Below are positions 1-13,419 of a stretch of 64,000 bases of DNA, one piece after another; position 1 is the stretch's first letter, and each line of letters begins with the position of its first letter. Source of the stretch: Cystobasidiomycetes sp. EMM_F5 (lineage: Eukaryota). The DNA lies in contig JBPGPT010000006.1 of the NCBI GenBank assembly GCA_051047955.1, positions 186,001 through 250,000 of the forward strand, in the 5' to 3' direction. The position numbers and the translations under genes are program-made. The notes under the pieces were generated by a model. That model saw nothing but the letters and a program-made list of their open reading frames with translations. It made no database searches and was not told the DNA's origin.

Positions 1-1606
<1,606 letters not shown>

Positions 1607-1700
1607 TCTGTCTAATCATAAGAATGGCAACATATTCAAATAGTCTCTAGGTGAGACAGCGTCAGAACGTCTGTACCTTTGTGACAATGCTGAGATTTGT

Positions 1701-2596
1701 CTAGCACGCCCAGCCGCCACAGTGGGAGGTATTGGTAAATCGAGCACTGTTTGATACGAGGTCCCAGCGCACTGTGCTGTTTGCGCAATATTCTGTGCCC
1801 AGCGGACCGTTACCACCTGTCGTGGAATTAGGTGCTGTCAAGCATACGTTGCCGTTAGCTGCGGCGAGTCCCAGGATAATCTTGCAGCTTTTGGCGAAAA
1901 ACTTATCGTTCGGCCGGCCCTAATGATGGATAGTCAACAAGACATCTTTCAGCTGATGCGTCAAGCTGCGCAAAATACTACTGACCTCGCACTGCAGCGT
2001 GAACTGCTGTTTGGGCTGCCAAACGGGGTCTGCAGCACAAATACCTCAATCAGGCAACCGACAATTGTACGCAGCCGGCTGACATGACTTACCCCAATCA
2101 TTGCTGAGTGTCAAGTTGGCCGGCCCTGTGCCATTATCCAAAGTTGTTTGATCGAAGCCAAATCCCCATCGCTGACCTGTGGTGACGAAAGAGCTGCTCA
2201 AGCTAAAACCGAAAACGGTCGCTCCGAGCCATGGCTGCGAGAATTTCAGTCAGCATAAGGCCGTGTCAGCATTGTGACATTCTATCCTACCAGACGCTGC
2301 AGTAGAAAAGTCTGGCATTTATCCTTCACTTCGTCAGTTGCCGTGGCTCGGGCCCATTGCAACAAGGTGGTGTCGTATGGACGGATCGCCCTCGTACTGC
2401 AGTCGTGGATATCAAGTATAGTGGAGGCGTTGGTGACATTTGCCGGCTGCGAGATGACAAAATTTACGTATGGCTTGGTGCTAAAAGCCAATTGCGCGAG
2501 TCCTGGCTGGGTACGGCGATGGATAGAGCTTTCGCTGGCTGCTATCATGATCAAGATGCGCATGAATGCGAGGAGGACATGAAGTCTGATGCCCAT
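1701..2596 (-). CDS. Small secreted Cys-containing protein, ricin-B-like family, copy A (4 exons)
   Basis: Hydrophobic N-terminus, then KPYVNF..ILDIHDC..QW..KCQTFLLQRL / PWLGATVFGFSLSS / DPVWQPKQQFTLQCE / KSCKIIL..VCLTAP..GPLGTEYC..RWDLV..HCGGWAC*. Aligns with copies B-F. Confidence 0.75.
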
Positions 2597-3036
2597 ATTT
2601 ACAGTGGTGTGATGATGACGGATAAGGATGAGCGCTACCGATTGAATACGCCTTGCGATGAAGAAGTTGGTCGACCACAAGTACAATCAGGGTAGGAAAG
2701 GTGCTTAAATGCCATACTTCGGACGCAAATACGGCAGTGCAGTCAATCATGCTTTTGAAAGGATCTAGACCAAAGGCACCGCTTTCGTCAATTATGAAGG
2801 GATCGCTGTCATCTGATCTGACCCGTTCAATATCGGCTGTGCTGTCATGCCTTTGTCTCAGCAGACACATACTTAACCCTCGGCCTTTGCAAACTGCGGC
2901 TTCATACAGAAAGAAGTTAAGGTCAAAAGTTTCTTAGTTAATGCTGCACTACTGCATCAATGAGAGTACATCGTCAGACTGTCACTATCACCCCGTGCTC
3001 GCGGTTTAGAGCCGGCTTCTTCCTTGGCGACGCTTA

Positions 3037-3931
3037 TTAGGGCGCCCAGCCTGCATTGTGATCAGCCTGAGTAAGAGCCAGACCGCCTCGAACGATGTTC
3101 CATGCGTCCGCGGTATCTCCGCAAGCTGCCAGCGTCAATGGTCCTTGTTCACCAGTGCGATCTCCGCCGACGGACAAGCACATCTCGGTTTGCCCCGGTT
3201 TTGTCAGTCTAATCAAGCAGGACTTCGCGTAATGCTGATCATCCCCTTGCCCCTAGTGTTTCTTTCGTCATCACATACTCAATAAGCAAAGGAGCCTTCT
3301 GCTTACGGCACAATCAAGGACGAACTGCTGATCAGCCTGCCAGGTGGGATCTGCATCAAGCGACCGGAATCAGTAATCGCTCATCGCTGTACTAAACCAG
3401 CCCAGCACCCCACCCAAGTATTCGACAGTAAGACTTGCCATACCGTCGCCCGTTGGCGCATGGCCGAACGACAGCCCGTATTGTTTGCCGGCAATCAAAA
3501 AGGAGCTCAAGCCAATACCGAAGAAGGTTTTGCCTATCCAGGGCTAAATCTGGCCTTTAGATCCCATTCCTACTTTACAGACTGATAATGATGGCTCACC
3601 AACCGTCTGAGGGTGAAAGTTTGACACTTGGTAGCTCCCGGATCATCATTTATCAACTTGTGCCACTGTATCGTTGTAGGATCTGACATATTTATGACCA
3701 CCGTGGCACTAGCATCACCATAGCCATCGCTCAGTCGCATAGCTCGTTCCAGCTAGTCTGCACATATCGAGCTTACCAGTTGACAAGATCCACATAAATG
3801 GCGTCTTTGCTTGTAGCGGAAATCGGTCGTGCGAGCATGAATCGCGCATATGGCTTAGAGTCGAAAGCAAACGGGTGTCCAGCAGAAGCCCTGCCAGCGA
3901 GGCCTGCAAGAAGAAAGTATATCTGTGACAT
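3037..3931 (-). CDS. Small secreted ricin-B-like family, copy B (5 exons)
   Basis: MSQIYFLLAGLAGRASA signal-like start; KPYARF..YVDLVNC|ATVVINMSDPTTIQW..KCQTFTLRRL / PWIGKTFFGIGLSS / DPTWQADQQFVLDC / KSCLIRLTKPG..CLSVG..GPLTLAACG..AWNIV..DHNAGWAP*. Confidence 0.75.
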
Positions 3932-4340
3932 CCGGATGGGCCTCATGTTTGGTCTGAGGGAGAGAGCAGTGAAAGGCTGCATGTTTAAAGCCGACTGCGT
4001 TCGTGCGAAAGTACTGCTGTGTATCGCCTCTGCTGTGCTATAAGCAGTGTGGTGTATAGCTCGCGGTTTGACAAAGGGAGCACTTGGGTGTGCTATGCGC
4101 ACGAACAACATCAGCACTCATCTGAATAAGGTGTGGTCAGCACGAGCCAATTCCCGTAGGGCTCACGGCATTCATTAGCTTCAAGCGAACAGCTCAATCA
4201 TGACTGAAGCAACGCGCGGCCGCGTTCATGCGCTATGATGGAAGTGTTCTGGGCACGCGAAAGAAGCAGGGGATCGATACAAATATTGCAGGCGCCGCCT
4301 TGTTCAATATTCATGTACTTCAAGTCGCCTCAACATCGGC

Positions 4341-5249
4341 TTATGCAGGCCATCCAGCTGAGTGATCTTGCTGTGTGAATGGTTGACCAGCTTTCACAAT
4401 GTCCCACCTGTCGGCATTATTGTCACACGGCGCTACGTTCAGAGGTCCGCTTTCGCCCGAACCTGCGCCAGGGGCAGTCAAGCATACGCTATCCTGACCA
4501 GGTTTCGACATTCGGATCAAGCAGGATTTGCCGAGATGCGTACTGTCACCATCCCCCTGGAGAACACAGCTCCAGTGTCAGCAGCGCAATCAAGCATTCA
4601 ATCACTGGACCAAAGCTCACGTCACAATCTAGGAGGAATTATTGCACAGCTTGCCACGCAGGATCTGTGAATACGACGGGTTGGTCAGACTGTCTGCAGC
4701 CGTGCACACTTTACATTACTGAGCTCACCTGCTTTATCAGCTGTGAGATTGGCGACACCGTTCGTGGTAGCTTGTCCAAAGCCGAGTGTCAGTGATTGAC
4801 CCTGGATTCTGAACGAACTCAAGCCGATGGCGAAGATCCTGCTTGCTTGCCATGGCTAGGAAGGATAGGTCAGTATTGTGAAAGCCACGCACAATGTTGT
4901 ACACCTACCAGTCGCCGAAGAAAGAATGTCTGGCACCTGCTAGCCGCGTTTCCGACGTTATTTTTGTGCCATTGTACATTGCCGATGACACCAACAGCTG
5001 GCGGAGCTGTAGCACTAAAAGAACATCAAAGGTGAGCAGATTATCGAAATTCTGTGCGTCGGAGCCACCATACCAATCCTTGAGATCTATGTAGATTGCC
5101 TCGGGACGATCTGACGCTACTGGCTTTGACAGCATGAAACGGACGTAGGGCTTTTCTTGTAGCTCTAGTTGATTCCTCGCGACAGCTTTACCAGCCAAAG
5201 CTGCGAGGAGGGCACCGCATATGATCGGATGGTACATGTTTGTAAGCAT
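4341..5249 (-). pseudogene. Small secreted ricin-B-like family, copy C, with in-frame premature stop
   Basis: Same exon structure as B and D. Exon 4 reads DPAWQAVQ*FLLDCD (TAA at 4639-4641) where paralogs have QQF. The last exon is still intact (KSCLIRMSKPGQDSVCLTAP..RWDIV..DHSAGWPA*). Confidence 0.7.
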
Positions 5250-5567
5250 GATGCAGATTCAGCAGCTGTTCTGGAATGTTTGTGATCGGTATAGTGAGTC
5301 CGGCCCGTCGCTAGCAATGTCAAGACTTAAGCGTTGAATGCACAGAGACTCCAATTTGTGCGGTGGGCGGTGCCAAGGGCACAGCCGAGTCAGTCAATAG
5401 ATCTCAGGGAGTCAAAGGTCATCCCGGATACGAAACGGGTACAGGATACCCGCGAACGCATGCATAGACATGCTTAGCTCGCAGTATCATTAGCAGTTAT
5501 GGTATTGGTTGTTTCGATTGATCGTCTAGATAGTTACGGAAGCCCTGCCAGCAGAGCGTTCCGCGTT

Positions 5568-6484
5568 TTAATTAGGCCAACCGGCGGAGTGGTCATCCTG
5601 GCTGAACGTGTAGCCGGCTTTGATTAGATCCCACCTATCTGTGTCAGATCCGCATGCCTCCACATTGAGGTCTCCGCGTTCTCCACCAGTATCCGCATCG
5701 GGCGCGGTCAGACAAACAGCATCCTGGCCCGGTTTTGTCATGCGGATAAGGCAAGATTTGCCGAAGTGTGTCTCGTCTCCTGGCCCCTGTAAACCTCGCA
5801 TGTCAGAGGCCTGAAGTGCATCACATCGCATCGCAACTTACGTCACAATCTAGGTTGAACTGCTGAATCGCTTGCCACACTGGGTCTGTGCGGATTTCAT
5901 CAGCCTAGTTTGTGCATCATAAAAACCCTTTTCTGAGCAACAACCCTGCATTATCGACTGTCAGATTAGCTGACCCGCATGTACCGGTCTGATCGTATCC
6001 GAGGACTAGGGATTGTCCGTTAATCGAGAATGCGCTCAAACCAATAGAAAAGTATTGGTTTGCAAGCCAGGGCTGTGGTTAATGTTAGTAATGATATTGC
6101 GCATGTTCGCAATTAGATCATCACGAACTAGACTATCGAGAAAGAATGTTTGACACCGGGCAGCAGCTGTATCCCCAACATCGTTTTTGTGCCAAATGAC
6201 TTTTCCTACTTTGCCGACTTCTGGTCCTACAGTCGCACTGTGTTGGACCACATCAGTTACACATCTTGTTGAGAGGGGTCTTGTACAGCTACGTGCCAAT
6301 CTCTGAGATCTATGTATACGGCATTGTTGCCATTTGGGTTTATTGGCCTGGCCAGCATGAAGCGGACATACGGCTTGTTGTCAAAGATGATATCGTAGCC
6401 TGCGAAAGCTTTGCCGGCAAAGCTGGGGATGGCGGAGGTGCATACTAAAAGCTTATAGTTAGCACAATTGAACGGTATGTGCAT
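5568..6484 (-). CDS. Small secreted ricin-B-like family, copy D (5 exons; one GC-AG intron, one uncertain donor)
   Basis: KPYVRFMLARP..YIDLRDC|ATVGPEVGKVGKVIW..RCQTFFLDSL / PWLANQYFSIGLSAF / DPVWQAIQQFNLDCD / KSCLIRMTKPGQDAVCLTAP..RWDLI..DHSAGWPN*. Confidence 0.7.
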
Positions 6485-6837
6485 GATTCGAAGTTAGCCG
6501 AGTTTGCAGCAAGTCAATGAGGGTACGCGGGACGAATGAGTGTGGAGCGTGGAAGAGAGAGGACGTCAGTATCGAATCAGGGTGTGTCTACCGGCTTTGC
6601 GACTCGAGACTCGACTGCATTGCCCGAACTGCCGCGAGCTGTGTTTCACTTGGCGGCGCCTCAATTTCTCTGGCAGCGTGCAGTGTAGCTGTGACATTTC
6701 ATATCGCGCAAACGTCGTAGTATTGCTAGGTCGATAGTACGCGTAAAGCCTGGCAGTTGGTTCCCGATCAGCCAGCGAGTCGTGATGGGGTTGCTTGAAG
6801 GCTACCTTCATCACTTTCTGTCCGCCAATAACTTAGC

Positions 6838-7575
6838 ATGTCGCAAATCATCGGAAACGTAGGTTGAAAGAGGCCCGCCCCATTCCTTCGACCCGCATGC
6901 TGAGCTGAATCGCCGTAATATCGATATTGGGTGTATTATCTGGCAAAACAGACCTCGTTGGCGTATGCAAAAGTCTGGCACCACTACGATGCTCGCGGAC
7001 AAGTGCTGGGAAAGCTAGCTGCTCGGATAGCGCTGGTACTGATGGGCAAGCACAAGCCGATATACGATCCTGCCAGTAAATTGCTTCGACCAGCTCGACC
7101 CACTGTACGGACAATGTCTAACTGAAACACATCACAGCCGACTGCGGAGACTATGTCGTCGTCACGAATGCCCGGCTGGTGGAAGTGACGGGCAAGAAGG
7201 CCGAGCAGAAGGAATATTTCAGTCACTCGGGGTATCCTGGCGGACTCAAAAGGATCCCGTACGCGACCATGATGGAGCGCAAACCAGATCAGGTGAGTTT
7301 GGCTGAAAATATAGGAAGACTCCAATCATTGATGCAAGTAATTTATTCCCATTTCGTTTGAATCACGACAGATAATCTTTAAAGCCGTCTCTGGCATGCT
7401 CCCGAAGAACACCCTCCGAGACAGGCGGCTAGAAAGGCTCAAGATATTCCCCGACGACCAACATCCATATGCTCAGAATATCTTGAAAAGATATGACTTG
7501 AATCCACACAGCCCGCATCAAGAGAGTCAGATTCTGAAGGAATTGGGGGGAGTGAGGCAGCAGCCTCAGCAGTGA
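6838..7575 (+). CDS. MRPL23: Mitochondrial ribosomal protein uL13m
   Basis: Spliced product [84 protein letters not shown] is a typical uL13. Confidence 0.93.
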
Positions 7576-7957
7576 CCCAGCATCCGGAGCGCAGTACCAT
7601 ATGCATTTCCTTCTCCTCTAGTCGTCGTCGCCTTGTTGTTGTGCTTGTTTGTCCCGATACAGCTCTGCCGTTCGCCAACCGGCTTAGAAGAGTGTCAGAG
7701 ATGTTCATGCAAGAACTCCCACGACAACCTGCGGATTCTATGCTGCCATTGCCTCTTCTTTTACTACATGACCACCCCCAATGAGCGTATCGTAGCAGTC
7801 ACAGGCTGACACTGCGCAGCTCATTCTCGCTGGCGGATGACTGTCGTCGAGCGGCGCTTTTGTCTGACATATTCGAGCTGATGTTTGAATAAGGTCTACA
7901 AGCGAAGCCGTAGCGAGGGTACTTGGAGTCGAAGCAGCCTGGACTGGCCTATCGTTC

Positions 7958-10101
7958 ATGGCTTCATACAGTGGATATCGTTTATTTCCAGAGCAGCCTG
8001 CATCTACTTCAGCAACCCCTTCGGCATCGACAGGTATGCCAGCTCCTCATGATCAGAAGCACGAACATCGTTCCTGGAAACCACCGGCTCTACCTCCGTT
8101 GACACCAAAGGTGCGTTGTGCAGATTGACTTGTCACGCTACAGCGACTGAGGTCATCTCACATGGTCCGCTAGGTATCGGCCCGTCATCTCGAGAATACA
8201 GAACACAAGTGAGCACGGCGGCCGACTCGCGTAAGACATAGTGACTGATAAAGCCGGATCCTTTGTACAGGCTCGAGATCCTTAGCAAAGAGCTTGAGCA
8301 GCTGAAACTTCGAGATACACAGAGGTAAATCATGTCCTTTGTCTATCACCTCTACTCAATAGGCTATTACTCACGCGAATATTGTGCAAGACATCCCGAC
8401 TCGCAACTCGTTCGCAGCGAATTCGGAGCAATTCAGGATGCTCTGACCGCTGGGTCGACTTGGAACGGGGCAAATCGTGGAGTCCATCTGACAGGAGTGC
8501 ATCCGTCCACATACAACCCTATGCATGGCTACATGAGCAGCAGATATGCAGATTCTCCTGACACGCAGCGATACTTCGATCAGGATCTGCTCCATCGTCT
8601 CCAAAACGGACATCCAAGCGCAATGTACTCTTTGCCGAGTAGTGGAGGCCTCAGCCACTACCCGAGCAATGGCAGTATACCCTTTCTCCCTTATGCCATG
8701 CGAAACGGTCAAGGTCTACACGATTTTGATCCGAGGTACAGCTATGCACATCCTCGCGCTCATCAATTGGCGCAAATTCCGGCCGTAGAAGTCTTGGTAG
8801 TCACCACGAACGATAGTGAGTTGCGGGCATATTGTGAATACTGGTGCGATTCTCGTTTTAAGACGTTTAGCAGTCCCTGGCGGCCAGATTATCGAGTCGC
8901 GCGGTCATGTTATGGCTTTATTACAGCAAAAGTAGGCCTGTTGCATATAGGTCTCCGCGCCCACGGCACTAACGGTTTAGATTTAGAGAGTTAAAGGAGA
9001 TTCGAGCATGGATGGAGAAGCAAGCTCCACTCGAACAAGTCCGGTCTGCCCAAGTTGCACGCTTCATCAGGCAGGAAGTGCATGACAGAGTCGTGGCACA
9101 GGCGCAGATGCGCGGCTGCAACGCTATTGTAAACTTTTCCTTCGACAGCGAGCTGGTCACGGACGAGAATGGGCAAAGTCACTGTTCTCGTATACGTGCA
9201 AGTGGCTTGGCGGTCGTTTTCAAGCGTACACCTAGCGAGAAGGAGAAACGCCACAAGCATCGAAAGGATATTGAGGATCTCCTTGACATTCGCAATGAGC
9301 AAGACCGTCGGGCATATCATCGCCGACTGCGCAAAGAGGTGCGCGGATAGGCATCTTGGGTTGCGATCGTTCCGAGCTAAGACCTCACGTTCAAACAGCT
9401 TTCGAGTCTGGACCCGGAGGAAAAGCGCGATCGCATTCGAGAGCTGATCAGAAGAGCAAAGGGCAAGAACGAAAAGGACGAAAAGCAGCCCTCGCGCAGG
9501 AAGCTGTTAGCCCAGCTATATGATATTCTCGACCCTCCTCCGGCGTCGACACGGGTGAAGAAGAAGAAGGGGAGCAAAGTCCGTTTCCAGGAAGACGAGA
9601 GCAACGACGATGATAGCGAGTCTGCAAGCAGCGATAGTTCCGATGGTAGATCCAAAGGTCTCAGAGGCATTCGGCGCGGTTGGGGAGTCGACTCAGATTC
9701 AGACAGTGACAGTCCGCGCAAGAAGCGAGAGAAAGGAAAGTCGAACGGCAATAAGGATAGGAGCTCATCTGGTTGGGATCCCTCGGCGTCAACTTCACGC
9801 AGTAAAGACAAGAGCAAAGGTAAAGGCAAAGAAGCGGAAAAGAAACCCTATGTGAGCCATGTTCTGAGCGCAGCTGATCCAACGCACTTCCTGAGGTTCA
9901 TATATGCCGCAGTCTCGCCACTCTCACCGTCTGGAGGACGAGCTAATGGCATATGTGACGAAGACTAGCAAGCGCGGTCGTAGTCGCAACCGTAAATCGC
10001 ACTTTACGGACTCTGACTCTACAGAATACTCCTCGAGCGAAGATAGGGCCGACGTGTCCGTTAGCAAAGACGGCGCATTCAATTGGGCTTTGGCAAAGTA
10101 G
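7958..10101 (+). CDS. Hypothetical protein with a central YbjQ/UPF0145-like domain and a K/S/D-rich tail
   Basis: Exons joined by GT-AG introns. VLVVTTND..YGFITA..VAQAQMRGCNAIVNFSFDSE..IRASGLAVVF resembles the YbjQ pattern. 5' exon structure is approximate. Confidence 0.55.
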
Positions 10102-10579
10102 TATTACGGAAAGGACTGCAATACACGTTGGTACAGTACGTAGGTTGCTATGATGTGCATCTAATCTGCTCGCAAATCTCGCGGTTCAGGCCGTCCTCAG
10201 CGATTGTCTTCCGCGCGGGGTCCTTTCTGGATTGTTACACTTCCCTTGCTGCAGCAGCAGCGTGTGCTACAGTATTCATTCGCTGCTGGTGGTCCGTCAG
10301 GTCACGCCTAGACAACTTAAAAAGGTCGCTAACGCGATGCCAGTCCGTCTTTAAAGGCACACGGACTTCCGAATCGCTGACAACGAATCTGCCATTCCAT
10401 CGATGACTTCGCAAGACCCAAGCGCGGCTATGCTCATGGCAGTGTATGCAGTGTGGCCGATGTTGCGTTTTGCAATCTGATCGTCTTTACATTTACTACC
10501 ACTTCCTGACTCAACCTGACTACAGCTGCGCTGGTCGCACACACTCTCTTTGCACTCCACGACTTACATACACACTACC

Positions 10580-11598
10580 ATGCGCTCAACATGGCCATCC
10601 GCCGGTTGGATTGCGATTTTGAGCATAGCCTCGCACATAAGTACCACATACGGACGTGCCGTCAGTCAACGAGCTGTAAGAGGTATAGGAGTCAGTCGCG
10701 CAAGATCGCCTATGCTATCAGCACGAGGCACTGCGCCGCCTAATTCTTGCCAAGTGCAACTCAGTGGCGGACGTACCCAAAATCAGGGTGGAGCTAAGCC
10801 ATACGTACGATTTTTCTACAGCGGTACGCAGGGCACCAACAGTGCTACCGTTTTGGACGTCCCGGATTGTATGACTGCTGGAGCGAGTAAAGGCAGTCTG
10901 ACTATCCGTGCATACGATGGCGATAACAATGCCGGATCAACATGGTGTCAGTCTTTCTTCCTCACCGAAATAGTAAGCCTCAGATTGCTGCGTTATGAAC
11001 TAATCTGACGTCAGGCGCGCACGTAGGAATGGGCTCAGGATAATGATGGCAACAAAGTATACGGCATCAGTTTGTCGGATATATATTTGAATTACGGTCT
11101 TGACGTTACCGCAAGCGGAGGCAGTGGCTTGCCTGCGCCCATGTTCAAACCTTTCGGTAAGTCAACAAGCAACTAGCTTCATCCCATACGATCTAAAACG
11201 CGTGTAGATCCTGTTTGGCAGATCTCCCAACAATACAGATTCCATTGCCAGCCCAGCGCCAAATCGGCAAATCAGAAACTTGTGAGTCTGGTCTTCACAC
11301 ATTGACCTATTTGCACAGTGCTGATCTTGCTTCTCGCTAGAATTGCTGGGAAACGGATACGAAGCGATACGGATCCAAGTGTCTCATCGAGTCCAATGCC
11401 AGTCTGGGCAAGTGCCTCACTCTGAACGGTGTCGGCGTTGTGAATGCAATAGCGTGGAATGATTGCGATTGGACCTGGTCGACGCTCAATCAGCTGTGGG
11501 ACATGCAGAATGTGGCAAATGAGTTCTCGCAAGAGGCTCACACTTTTCCTGGTTCGGGAGCGGCAGTCAAGGATGGGTGCATGGCACCTCCAACCTAA
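10580..11598 (+). CDS. Secreted ricin-B-like family, divergent copy E
   Basis: Signal peptide; KPYVRF..TVLDVPDC..WCQSFFLTE / YGISLSDI / DPVWQISQQYRFHCQP / KCLIE..GKCLTLNG..IAWNDCDW....NQLWDM (QxW motif). Confidence 0.75.
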
Positions 11599-12058
11599 GT
11601 CCAAGCATCTTTTATCGTGCTCGGACAATGCGCCATGCACAATTAACGTGTCCCGTCCTGCGGATGTTGTAGCTACCATCATTCAGGAAGTACTGGCGTG
11701 CTTTTTACGATGGCGTCTAATCATAGAGCGCAGTAACTCTGCTCTGCAGCCAGTGGTGATAACCGAGAACCATGTCCGATGGCTGGATGACCGAAAAGAT
11801 CATTGCGTGCACGACCCCACATTCTGCTTGAGCTTGACCAAGCGGTAACAGAAACGGCATCAGCTGAGATTGCCTTACACAGTCCCTTTGTCACGCTTCC
11901 AAAGGCACAGGACTCAGCGAGGCGAGGAAGCTGTGCTCGTGCCACGGAGTAAGGCATATGCCCCAAAAGTGCCCCCTTGTCGCGACATAAGCACTCAAAG
12001 TAAATGTGCGCGTACAACGCGAGTATTGCGTGACTTGCGCTCTGTTCAATTCCAAAGT

Positions 12059-13109
12059 ATGCGGGCATACTCGAGGCTTCCTGCGAGCATGGTGACCTTC
12101 GCGACCTTCGGTATCGCTTTACTAACAGTGATAGATGCCCGTTCTACTTCGCTTAGACATCTAGCTCGTGGCAATTCCGACGGCGACCACATGCCTACTT
12201 TGCAAGCTCGAGCAGGTCCTGGTCCTGCCGACAATTCCTGCCAGGTGCAGGTCATGGGTGGTCGCAACAAAACGACAGCGGGCGTAAAGCCATATGTCCG
12301 GTTCTGGGCTTCGGGATCTAGCACTGTTCTGGACATACCAAACTGGTGAGTGTTTCCTCGAGTCGTACGCCAGTCCTTTGACATAGGTGAAGCCTGCAGC
12401 AGGGCGCCAAAAGCGGGTTGATAGATGCATCCGTCTATGTCGGGAATGGCACGCCTGCATCGGCGTGGTGCCAATCGTTCTTTCTGACAGAGGTAGTGAG
12501 TCGAAGCAGCTCTCGAGAAGCGCAACGAAGCCGACTTGTGCTTCAAGGAATGGGACCAGGATCAAACTGGCCACAAGGTCTTTGGCATCAGCCTCGCCGA
12601 CATATACATGGGATATGGTCTGGAGGTAGACAAGAATGACAGCAACCTGACTCTGCCGAGTTTCAAGCCTTGGGGTGAGTAACGTTTCGTGTAGTGTCAT
12701 ATACGTCAACGTGAAAGACCGAATACGCGGTTTTCAGACCCTGTGTGGCAGACATCGCAACAGTTTAGATTTCACTGTCAACCAAACGATCAGGTAGCTA
12801 ACAGCAAGCTAGTAAGTCATGATCAGTTCATATGGGTGAAAGCCACTGATGAACATGCTGCAGGATTGTTGGGAAGCGCAAGCAGGTCGTTATGGCAAGA
12901 ATTGCTTGTTCGAGCCGTATGGCAACCAAGGCAACTGCTTGACGATTGGGTCGAACAATATCTTGTCGTGGTCGAGTTGTGGCTGGGATTGGAAGACCAC
13001 CGGTCAGCTATGGGATATCCTCAATGTCGCTGGCGACTTCAAGGACGCGCATATATTCCCTGGTACCGGCGCGGCTTCCGAGAATGGCGTCATGGCGAGG
13101 CCAGCTTGA
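12059..13109 (+). CDS. Secreted ricin-B-like family, divergent copy F (tandem paralog of E)
   Basis: Signal peptide; NSCQVQVMGGR..KPYVRF..TVLDIPNC..WCQSFFLTE / FGISLADI / DPVWQTSQQFRFHCQP / NCLFE..GNCLTIG..LSWSSCGW....GQLWDI. Confidence 0.75.
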
Positions 13110-13419
13110 GAGCGATGGACAATGCATAATGCCTGGACGTTGTGTTTCGTAAATGCGAATGCAGAGTCGGCAGGACGTTCCATATGTAGCAATGCTACTT
13201 TAGTTGCGTCAAGTATACCCTTACGCATTGTGTTCTGTTAATCTACGCCTTGGATCATTCAATAATGATATGCTCGGTCGACCGCATTCCTCGGGCAAAA
13301 GCTTGACGAGCTGGCCAGTAGCGAGATTGCAACGATGCGGGCACTGTTGACATCTTGCCTCATTGATCCTGCCTGTGCTCGTCGTGTCCATATTCCTCAC
13401 ACCTCCCACACTCGTTTGA

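Noticed and set aside
1701..13109. Repeated segments as a transposon or CRISPR-like array
   Set aside because: Similarity is at protein/exon level with diverged introns; no terminal repeats, transposase motifs or identical direct repeats.
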